Positions 41,401 to 53,400 of a DNA stretch of 64,000 nt are shown in pieces. The number at the start of each line of letters is the position of its first letter. Positions within the stretch are counted from its first letter, which is position 1. Location: NCBI GenBank assembly GCA_905178155.1, contig CAJINV010000011.1, positions 3,071,144-3,135,143 on the forward strand. Reading direction: 5' to 3'. Source of the stretch: Amoebophrya sp. A120 (Eukaryota > Protista > Dinoflagellata). The notes under the pieces were generated by a model. It did no database searches. It was given only the letters and a program-made list of their open reading frames with translations, and was not told where the DNA came from. A program made the position numbers and the translations under genes.

Positions 41401-44400
41401 ACAAAGTGGATCCGATTGTCGCCGCGTCAAACACGGATAAGTATTCGCCAATCCGGGTTCTCCTGCGCACCGACAATTCCGCCCCGCAGTTCGAGAAGTC
41501 CAGCAGGGAAAACGCCGACCCGACCCGGACCTGGCCGTGGATCGATAAGCCGGACGCGAGGCGCGCGAACCCACGAATACTGAACGCTGAGCCAGTGGTG
41601 GTGTGGTCAATGATCGAAAAGGATCCGCCCATCAATTTTCCCGCGAAGGACAGTGTCGATCCGAGTCGGCAGAACGACCGGAGAGAAATCCCGGACCCCA
41701 TCTGCGCAAACTGACAAATCGACAATTGCCCCCCGCACCGCCCGAAGTGCCGCAGCGACATAGAACTCGCGAGCGTCACGTAGTCGAGGACGGATAAATT
41801 TCCGCCCTCACTACACCTCACTCGGCTGAAGATCGAGATGTTGGACCCGAGCCGGTTCGCCTCGCGCATGGACATGGTGCTGCCGATGTAGACGAAGTCC
41901 AGCACGGACACCGGGGATCCGAACCGCGGCATCGCGCGAATGGACAACGAGGAGCCCATCGTCATGAAGTCGCAGGTGGAAATCGTGGAGCCGAGTCTGC
42001 AATAGGAGAACAGACTCAAATTGCTGCCCATCTTCCCGATCAACCGCATGGACATCGCGGAACCGAGGTTCATGTAGTCGAAGGTGGAGATCCCGGTGCC
42101 GCTGGGGCCGCCGAACCGGAAGTCGCCGAACAAACTGCAGCGACTACCGAACCGGCAGTAGGTCCGGACGGATAGAGAGGAGCCGAGGGTAAACCAATCC
42201 AACACGGACATGCAGCTGCTCATGACCACCTTGCTGAACATGGAGAAGTTGCTGCCCATCCGCGTGCACGCGCGCAGGGAGAGAGAACTTCCGTGGAAGG
42301 CGGAGTCCAACACACTGTAACTCGATCCGAGCGTCGCGGCGCTGAAAATGCTGCAGTTGCTGCCCATCCTGGCAAACGCCCGTAAGCTCGTCGTCGACCC
42401 GAAGTGCAGCGCGGAGTAGCCGGACAGACCCTCACCGAGAAACGTGCACCGAGAAACGGACAGCGTCGAGCCGATGCGGCAGAACCCGCGGACGGACGCT
42501 CCGGAACCTAGGTGGACGAAGTTCAGGATGGATAAAGAGTCGCCGGTTTTATACCGGCTGTAGACGGACAAACCGCTACCGGCGCGGACATAGCGGCGGA
42601 TGGACAGAGTGGAGCCGATGGACAGGAAGTCGAAGACAGAGATGTAGGTGCCACATCTTGCCATGTTCCTGATCGACAGTTCTTCCCCGACACCAGTGGA
42701 GTCTAAAACAGACAAGCTGCAGCCGAGGTTCATGCTGGCGATCACCGACAGTGTGGAGCCGAACTTCATCACGCTTCTCAAAGAGAACGCGGACGCGAAG
42801 TTGACAAAATCCAACACTGAGATGTTGGATCCGGTGGTCAATCTGCTGTAGATTGACATACCACTACCCATCCTTGCAACCCCCCGCAAAGACAGCGTTG
42901 ACCCGAGTTCCTGGCTCATCGCCAGCGACATGCGCGTCCCCATGCGGAGCGCCCCGAAGATGGAAAGCCCGCTTCCGAGCATGGTTCTGGCTCGCACGGA
43001 CATGCTGGAACCAAAGTTCGTATAGTCTAACGCGGATGCCGTCACCGCGACTCGCGTGTTGCCGAAGATCGAGAAGGTGGAACCGAGTCGCGTGTACTGT
43101 CTGAGCGATAACGTCGACCCCAGTTCCATGTAATCCAACACACTCGGCGCGGGGCCCGGGACGTTGATCCGGCCGAGGAGGGACAAACCACTTCCCGCGC
43201 GCATGTAGTGCCGGATCGTGAGGGAAGACCCGGCGTAGACCGCATCCAACACCGAGCAAGCGGATCCAATCGCCCACCGGCTGAACAACGACATGACAGA
43301 GCCGCACCGCATGTACGAGCGGACGGATAAAGTCGATCCGAGCTCGAAGTACCCGCAGACGGACGGCACGCCACCGAACTTCACAATGTTCCGGACCGTC
43401 ATTGCAGATCCCAGACGAAGCACACCCCGCAGAGAGATCGTGGAGCCTAAGTGGAAGTAATCGAACATGGAGATCGCGCTGCCGAAGCTGGTCCTCTCCC
43501 TTACTGACAGCGTGCTGCCGCAGTAGGCGAAGTCCACGATGGACAACGTGCCGTGCAACCGCATCTGCCCGTCGAACATGGATAGAGAAGATCCGAGGCG
43601 AAACGCCGACCGGAGAGAGAGGGAGGAACCGAAGCTCACTCTATCGTACACCGACAATCTTGCGCCCAGCCGGACGCGCGCGCGGACGGAGAGAGTGGAA
43701 CCAAGACCCAGGTAATCCACCATCGACAACGTCGAACCGCACTTCAGCCTTGAAAAAACGGACCAGCTGCTCCCCAGCGGTCGCACGCACCGGAGCGAGA
43801 CCGCGGACCCGCAGTGCGAGAAGTCGAGCAGGGAGATGCTGCTGCCGAACCGCTGTTGGGAAAACACGGAAAATTCGCTGCCGAGCCGCATGTAGGCGCG
43901 CAGGGACAAAGATGATCCGCACTGGGAAAAGTCCAGAATCGAAACGGTCGAGCCGGATCTGCCCTGCCCGTAGATCGAGAAGCAACTGCCGAACCGCATG
44001 TAACTCCGGATCGACAGAGCACTACCGCCGAGAACTGAATCCAGCACGGACAATTGACTCCCCATGCGCATCCGGTTGAACAGCGACATCTGGCTGTTTT
44101 GTCGGAAGACACAGCGCAACGAGAAACTGGACCCGAGCTCCAGAAACTCGACAAAGCTCGTCCTGGACCCGCACCTCGCGAGGTGGCGAAGGGATAAACC
44201 GGACCCGAACTGGATGAAGTTCAGGATGGACAGATCGCTACCGCACCGCACGTGCCCACGCAAAGAGAAGCTGGAGGATAATTGCAGTGCGTCCAACACC
44301 GAGACCTCGTTTCCGATGTGCGTCTTCCGGAGAACAGACAAGGAACTGCCGACTCGCAGGGTGTTCCGCAAGGATAAGCTACTGGATTGCTGGCAGATGT

Positions 44401-47400
44401 CCAACATCGACATGCTGCTCCCACACCTTGCCATGCTGAAGATCGACAGGGTTGACCCCATCTGCATCGCCGCCCGCAGCGAGTACGAGCTCGCGAGGAA
44501 CAGAGTCTCGAAGACGGAGGCTCTATGACTGATCCTCGTCACACTCCGGAGGGACAGTTCCGACCCGAAGTTGACCGCGTCGCAGACGGACAGAGAGCTT
44601 CCCAGTCTCAAATTGTTGAACAGCGACATCGAACTGCCGATCCGGAAGTAGTTCCGGAGGGACAAAGACGAACCGAGGAAGAAGTAGCTGCAGACCGACG
44701 CAGAGTCCGGCAGGTTCAAGCACTGCCGAAGCGACAGACTCGAACCAAGAGCGCCCTGGTCCAGCACGGAAAAGTGCTTCCGTGTGATGATCCGATCGGT
44801 GATACTACACGTCGACCCTAGCCGGATGTAGGACCGCATGGACAGCGAGCTGCCGAAGTGGGTCACGTCCAGGACCGAAACCCGGTTTCCAAACGGGACT
44901 GCCATCCTCACGGATATAGAAGACGCGAGGTTCAAAAAGTCCAGCAAACTGCAGCTCCCGGAAATGCGGAACTTCTGGAAGACCGACATGACCGAGCCCA
45001 TCTTGGCGTAGCTTCGGAGACTGATCACGGAGCCCAGTTGCATGTAGTCAATCACGGATAATTTCTCCCCGAGGTTCACGCGGGTGAGCAGACTGAACGT
45101 GCTCCCGGCCCGCTGGTAGGCGCGGACAGACAAGGTGGACGCCAGGTTGCAGAACTCCAGCACGGACATGTTGTCGCCGAACCGCATGGCGCGGATGACG
45201 GACATGGTGGACCCGAGCTTGGTGGCGCCGCGAAGGGAAAAACAAGAGCCGAGGTTTACGTAGTCAAACGTGGACATGCTGCACCCTAGCCTTGGTCTTG
45301 CCCTTAACGACAGTTGGCTCCCTAAATCCACGTGTTGGATGATGGACAAATGTTCCGCCACGCGCGCCCGCGTGAACACGGACAAAGTGGATCCACACCT
45401 TGTGTACTTCCGAAGTGAGAGTCCAGACCCAACCGTCACCTGGGCTAAAACCGACATCGAGTCCGCAAACCGCACGTTCGTCCGGATGGAGATGGAGCTG
45501 CCGAGGCGGGCCACTGCTCGGACCGACAAGTTGCTGCCGAGCAAAACGGAAGTTAACACGGAGAGCGTGCTGCCGAACCGCAGTTGGCTGTAGATGGACA
45601 GCGTTTCCGCGCACCGCCAGCCGCCGCGGATCGAGATGGAACTACCGAGAGTCATGAAATTCATCATGGACACATCAGAGCCGGTTCTCGTCGTGCTGAA
45701 AACCGAGAACGTCGACGACATTCTGCAGTACCCGCGGAGAGATAAAGAGCTGCCCATCTGGAAGTAATCCAACACGGAGATCGTGCTCGCAACTCTTGTC
45801 GCGTCGAAGACCGACAAGCTGGAACCGACCCGGATGATCGACCGCAGACTCAAACTACTCCCGAGGTTCAGGAAGTTCAGAATCGAGGTGGAAGTCCCGC
45901 CCCGGAACGCACCGAAGATAGATAAGGCACTGCTGATCCGCAAGTAGTTGCGGAGCGAGCAGGCCGAACCCATGTTCATGAAGTCGAAGGTGGATACGTT
46001 GTGTCCGCAGCGGACGACGCTGCGGAGGGACAAGGACGATCCGAGCTCAAAGAAGTTCAGCATCGACAGCCCCTGATCTTTCACAATCGGTGCGTAGACG
46101 GAGAAGCAGGAGCCAAGACTTGTCATGCCCCGGACGGAGATCGTGCTCCCGACCGCCGCGAAGTCCAGGATGGAAAGAGAACTTCCCGTCCGGAATAAGC
46201 CGCAGCAGCTGCACACGGAGCCCATTCTCGTGTACGCCCGGATGCTGATTGCGGACCCGAGCTGCTGCGAGCTCAATGTCGACAGACAACTGCCGAACCG
46301 GACTTGGGAAAAAACCGACACAGTTGACCCTACGCGGTTGAAGCCGCGGAGCGACAAAGTGCTGGCGAGCGTGATCGCGTTGAAGGTACTGAGCTGTGCT
46401 TCCCCACCTAACCGGAGCCGGCTCTCCAGGGAAATCGTCGAACCGATTCTAGCGGTTAACCGCAAAGACAGCGCACTGCCCTGGTGCACGAAGTCCAGCA
46501 GGGATAAAGCGCTCCCGCACCGCATGAACCGCCGGACGGACAATGCAGACCCGACGTGGACCGAACTTAGCGTCGACAACGCGTTGCCCATCTGAATCCT
46601 GCCGAACAACGAAACCCGGGATCCGAACTTGACCATTTGCCGCAGACTCATCGTACTGCCGAGAGCCAGGAAGTCGAAGAAGGACACGATCCCGCCACTC
46701 TGCGCAAACACACGCAGAGAAAGTGAACTCCCGAGATTCGCGCTGTTCAGAATGGAGAACGCCGCACCGAACCGACCAAGAGCGAACACGGACGGCGTGG
46801 CGCTGCCCATCTTCGCGATGGCACGGAGTGAGAGTGCGGATCCGACCATGCTGTGCTCCAACAGCGAGTAGCTGAAGCCCTGCTGACGGAGCATCCCAAA
46901 CACAGAACACATCGAACCGACACGCACTGTCCCCCGTAGACTCACTGCGGACCCGTAGGCCGCGAAGTTCAAGACGGAGAACCCGCTGTGCATGTTGATG
47001 CGCCCGTACACGGAGCAAGCAGAACTCATGCGGATAAACTTCCGTAGCGACTGCGAGCTGCCGCACTGCAGGTAGTCCATCGTCGAGAACGTGCTGCCGA
47101 TCCTGCAGCCGCCGAACAGCGAGAACGCCGACGCCATCCGCGTGTAAGCACGTAAAGAAAGCGATGACCCGAGCTGGTGCCGACCATACGCTGAGCAGTG
47201 CTCGCCACTGATCTTGCAGAACCCGAGCAGGGAACACGCCGATCCGGCGCGCATGAAACCACGGATGGACAAGGCGGAGGATAAACTGCTGCAATCCAAC
47301 AAGGATAAAGAGCTTCCCATCCTCCACTGCGAGAACACGGACAAAACCGAGCCGCACCTTGCGTATTCCCGGAGAGACAACGTCGAGCCGAAGTTCACGA

Positions 47401-50400
47401 AGTCCATCACGCTCGTAGCGCTGCCACACCGGAGAAAGCTGCGAATCGAGAAGGTCGAACCCATGTGGAGGTGGTCCAGCACGGAAAACCGCGAACCGAG
47501 CCTTACTTGTCCGAAGATCGACACGGTGGATTGTGAGCGGATGAACGCGCGGACAGACAACGCGGACCCAAAGTTCGCCGCGTCGAGGACCGACAACGTC
47601 GATCCCGCCCGCACGTGGCTGAAGATGGACAAGGTCGACCCCAGTTTCAAGAAGCTCCTCACCGAGAACATAGACCCGAAGTGCACGCAGTTCAAAACCG
47701 AGAACATCGCGAGCCCCGTTGGTTCAGTTCCTCCCAACATCGTTCGGCCGTAGACGGATACGAGCGAGCCGGCCCTGGCGAAATTCCGCAACGACAAAGT
47801 CGACCCGAGCTCCGCCTGGTACATGACACTCATGCAGCTCCCGAACCTTACCCGGCTGTACACAGACAAAGCAGATCCCACGCGCATGTACCGACGAAGA
47901 CTGAACGCCGATCCGAGGTTGACCTGGCTGAAAATCGACATGTTGGACCCCAGTCTGGCGAGCCCGTATAACGACAGTGCGGACCCGCACCGAGCGAACG
48001 AACGGCACGAGATCGCGCTCCCCGCCTGCATCAAGTCCAGGAGGGAAAGGGTGCTGCCGATGTACGCCATGCCATAGACGGACAAAGAGCTGCCGAGGCG
48101 GAACATGGAGCGCACACTGAATCCGCTGCCGAAGTGCACGAAGTCTAGCACGGAAATGCTGGACGCAAATCTCGACATTCCGTACACGGACAAAGTCGAT
48201 CCGCACCGCGCGAGTGAGCGAACGCTCAAACTCGACCCGCAGCAAAAGTAGTCGAGCAAAGAGCAGCCAGAACCCAAACTCGTCAGTCCGTAGATGCTGA
48301 AGCTGCTCCCCATGCGCATGAAGCTGCGGCAGGACAAGCCTGAGCCGGCTTGAATCGAGTCCAGCAAGGACAAGGACGAACCGAACCGCGCTAGCCCATA
48401 CACGCTGATCGTGCTGCCGGTTCTGATCATGGACCGGATGGAGATCGTGGAGCCGAGAAGGATGGAATCCAAAACCGAGAAGTGGGAGCCCAACCTCGAG
48501 ATCCCGTATAATGATAACGCGGATCCGAACCTGGTGAAGCTCCGCATTGATAACGCCGACCCGATGTGGTAGTGGTCCAACACGGATAAAGAACTGCCTA
48601 AACGGAAACTGTGGAACATGCTGACCGCAGATCCCTGGCGGTACATCGTTCGCACGGAAAACGCCGATCCCGCGTGTAAAAAGTCCAGAAGCGACAGAGA
48701 ACTGCCCATCCGAGACGTTCCGTACAACGAGAGCGCAGATCCGAACCGCGAGAAGGACCGCATGCTCACCATGCTGCCGATGCAGACCATGTCCAAAACG
48801 GAGATCGCCGAGCCGAACCGCGACACCCCGTATAAGGACAGGGAGCTGCCCAGGCGGGAGAAGCCGCGTACCGACATCGTCGACCCGATGTGGATGAAAT
48901 CCAAGACGGATAAAGAACTTCCAAACCTTCCGATGCTGTAAACCGAGAAGCTGCTCCCCAGTCGGCTGAAGCTCCGCAGGGAGAGCGAACTGGCGTACAC
49001 CGCGCACTCGACGAAGGAGATCGTGGAAGCCAACTTCAACGCCGCGAACACCGACAGCCTCGATCCCAACCGTTGGTAGCCGCGGATGGATAAAGAAGAT
49101 CCAAGCTGCACGTAGTCGAGACTGGAAAGAGAGGATCCCAACGTCGTCATTCCGTACAGACTGAACCCGCTTCCCTTCCGGACTAACGAGCGGAGGCTGA
49201 TACTGCTACCCAGGTGGAAGTAGTCGAGCATGGATAAAGAGCTGCCAAATCGGATGAACCCGTAGACGGAGAGAGTAGATCCCATGCGCAAGCTAGACCG
49301 CAACGACATCGCGGAACCGAGGTAGGTCGCGTCCAAAACGCTGCACATCGAGCCCAGCCTTTGCGTGGTCATCACGGACATAGTGCTGCCGAGTCGCAAG
49401 TACCTTCTCAAACTACAGCTGGAACTTAGCACGATCTGATCCAGCACAGACATGGTGCTGGCGAACCGGCTGACGCCGAACACGGACGTGTTCGACCCAC
49501 CGCGGTAGAACGATCGGAGGGACAGCGCGGAGCACAACCCGACGGTATCCAGGATCGATAGAGAACTTCCCAACTTCGTGATGCCGAAGATGGATAAAGA
49601 ACTCCCCAGTCGTGAGAAACTTCTGACGGAGATGCTGCTCCCCAGGCAGTTCGAATCCAAAACGGACAACGCGCTACCTAGCAACGTGCAGCCGTACACA
49701 GAGATCGAGCTTCCCACGCGGATGAAGTTGCGGATGGACAGCGAGGACCCGAACGTCATTAAGTCCAGCGAGGAGAAATTGGATCCGATCCTCGTCATTC
49801 CGTAGAGCGACAAAGTCGACCCAATTCGCATGAACGACCGGACTGATAACGAAGAACCTAGCATCAGCAAATCCAGCGCCGACAAATTCGATCCCATCGT
49901 CGCGATTCCGTAAATGGATAAAGTGCTGCCGAACCTCGCGAAATTCCGCATACTGAACGAACTTCCAAAGCAGGCGCAGTCGAGTGTGCTCAAAGCGCTT
50001 CCCATGCGGGCTTTGCTAAACAAGGACAAGGAACTTCCGAACCGCGCGTAGCACCGGATCGACAAAGAAGAGCCCAAGAAGCTGTTGTCCAGCAACGAGA
50101 TTGAAGATCCGAGCACTGCGAGTCCGTATAGAGACGCCGCGGAACCGCATCTTGCAAATGATCGGACGGACAAAGCGGAACCTAAATTCAGCATGTCGTA
50201 CACCGTGATCGTGGAGCCCATGGTCTGCCGGGAAAAGACGCTGAAGTGGCTGCCCTGCCGGAAGTAGGAGCGGATGGACAGGGTGGATCCCATGGTTAAG
50301 TGATCCAGAATCGAGAGTCTACTCCCTGCTCGGAATTGGGAAAACAGGCTCATCGAGCTCTGCATCCGCATGTAGGACCTTATGCTGAACGCCGAACCCA

Positions 50401-53400
50401 ACCCGAGGTGATCGAGTAAAGAAATGCTGGAACCGCAGCACACCTGCCCGAATAAACTGCAGCCGCTCGCCTGGCGCATCACGGCGCGGATACTGAACGC
50501 CGAGCCCATGTGGTAGTAGTCGATCACGGACACCGGCTGGTTGAAGTTCATCCTTCCCTGCACGCTGATATGCATTGCAAATATGTCTGGGTCTGGAAGA
50601 TTAAAACTTGTCATGCTAAATCGGAATCATGCAAAAATCTGTGTTGCATGAGTGCCAAAAGCTGTCCACGTTCGACCAAGTTGGGAGGGAGTTTCTCATG
50701 CAGGAAACGCATGATAGAGACCGGACAGAATCTGTCATGCTAGGTCTCGCATTCCAGACCTCATGGCTCATGCAAAACGTGCATGACAAGTCTCAGAATC
50801 TTCCAGACCCAGACATTTTTGCAATCCATAGCTGAAGTTCGAGCCTAATTTCAGCATCTGCCGCATGGACATGCCCGAACCGAAGTTCGTGTAGTCGCAC
50901 AGCGACATCATGCTGCCGAGTTGGAACTTGCCAAACATGGAATACGACGACCCCAGTCGCACATACTTCCGCAGACTTAAACTCGACCCGAAGAAGACAC
51001 GGTCCAAAAGACTCATGCTCGACCCCAGTCGGGTCATGCCATACACTGAAATGGTGCTACCGAATCTCGCGAAAGAGCGGCAGGAGAGCGTCGACCCGAA
51101 GTTCGCTGCGTCGAGAATGGACGTGTCGTATCTTCCCTTGTTCACCCGCGTGTGGATCGACAGTTGCGAGCCAAACCGCGAGAACGAGCGGACAGACAGT
51201 GCGGATCCCAGTGCCGCTTGGGAGAGAATGGAAATGTCAGATCCCAGTCTGGTCCGGCCGAACATCGACACCGTGGACCCGAATCGCACCATGGCCCGGA
51301 CGGACAGCGTGGATCCCAGGTGGCTGCTGTCAATCACGCTACACTGGCTGCCCATCTGCATGTGCCCGAAGAGCGACACCGAGGAACCGAACCTCGCGCA
51401 CGCGCGAAGGGAAAAGACCGAGCCCAGGCAGACGGTTTCGATGATGGACAACGACGACCCGACGGATTCGGATTTGTACACGGACAGGCAACTCCCTAAT
51501 CGCAGCCGTGCTCTGAGTGACAGCGTCGATCCGAGGTTCAAGCAGTCCAAAACGGATATCCGCGAGCCGAGATTCACGCGGGAGAACACACTCTGCGCGG
51601 ATCCCGACCGGATGAAGTGACGCAGGGATAAAGCGGACCCGAGCGTGAGCATGTCCAAGATTGACAATCGGCTGCCGAAGCTGGTCATGCCGTAGATGCT
51701 GATCGCGCTGCCCATGCGGGTGTAACTTCTTGTCGAGAACGTCGACCCGAGATTGAAAATGTCGACCAGGGAGATCGCGGATCCGAGCCTGCTGATCCCG
51801 AACACGGATAAGGAGCTTCCAAACCGCCCGATAGAACGGAGGGAGATCGCACTCCCCACGTAGCCCAAGTCGAGCATCGATAGAGTGCTACCGAGAGTGG
51901 AAACCCCGTAGAGACTCAACGCAGAACCTAGTCTCCCGAACGACCGGACAGACAAATTCGAACCCAAACAAACCGTGTCGAGCAAGGACAGCGTGCTGCC
52001 CATGCGCGCCATGCCGTAGCAACTACAGCCGGAACCGAAGCGCGCAAACCCCCGCACGGACAGGCACGATCCGAGGTGCACGAAATCCAAAACCGACACG
52101 CCGGATCCGAGCAGACCCATCTGGTAGATGGACATGCTGCTGCCGAATCGCGCGTACGACCGCATGGAAACAGAGGACCCCATGTGCAGGAAATCCAACA
52201 GACTCGTCCGGTCGTTGCTGTTCCGGAACCGCGTGAACACACTCAGTGAGGATCCAACCCGCGCGTAGGACCGGACGGATAACGTACTGCCGAACGTGGT
52301 CGCGTCCAAAATCGACAGCTGCGACGCCAGCCGGTTGATACCGTAGACGGACATGGCGGACCCGAGGCGCGCGAAGCTGCGGCAGGACAACGTGGATCCG
52401 AGCGACGTGCTGTCCAGGATGGACACTTGACTCCCGATTCTGCCGATCCCGTAAAGACTCATTGTAGAGCCTAATCTCCCAAGCATCCGGATGGAGACAG
52501 AAGACGCTAGGTTCACCGCGTCGAGGACCGAAAACCGCGACCCGAGGGTCAGCGTCCCGTAGATGGACAAAGAGGAGCCGAACCGCACGAACTTCCGGAG
52601 CGACAAGGCGCTGCCAAAGTAGCTTTGATCTAGAATCGAGCAGCTACTACCAAGTCGCAGTAGTCCGTACAGGGAGATCGAACTTCCTTCACGCCCGAGA
52701 CTGCGCAGGGAGAAGGAAGACCCACACTGGAGCATGTCGAGGACAGAGACCGTCGCCTGGCCGCGCGTCCACCCGTAGATCGAGACACTCGAACCTAACC
52801 GGCCGAACCCGCGGAGACTCATGGTGGACCCGAGGTGAATGGTGTCAACGAGCGACAGCGTAGATCCAAACCTTGCCATTCCGTAGATGCTGCAGCTACT
52901 ACCAAACCGGGTGAAACTTCGGACGCTGATCGCGCTACCGACACTGCAGAAGTCCAACACCGTCAACGTGCTGCCGAAGATCTGCGCCGACCAGACGGAG
53001 AGCCTGGACCCGCCGCGCGCGAAGCTGCGCAGCGAGTAGCTGCTGCCCAGCGTCATGAAGTCCAATAACGACATCGAACTTCCGAGCCGCGTCATGCCGA
53101 ACAGACTGATCGTGGATCCCATTCGCGCGAAGCTGCGCGAAGACATGGCACTGCCCAAAAAGCACATGTCGAGCGTGGAGAGTAAAGATCCGACCCGTGT
53201 TTGCGACATGATCGTGAACGTAGACCCCAGCCTGCAGTATTTGCGCAGGGACAGAGCGCTGCCGAAGTTGGTCACGTCCAGGAGCGACAAAGTGCTGCCC
53301 GCGCGCATCTGGCTGAAGATGGAGTACTGCGAGCCGAACCGCATGTAACTGCGGACCGACAACGTGCTTCCCAAGCTCATGTAGTCTAAGACAGACAGCG

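Noticed and set aside
50569-50614. Start codon and N-terminus MTSFNLPDPDIFAMH of the 11454-aa ORF, and the C-terminus YGLQKCLGLEDSETCHARFA of the 4404-aa ORF
   Set aside because: Both are translations of the introner TIRs. The same LPDPDIFA peptide appears in ORFs over copy 2 near 7100, so they are not true protein ends.
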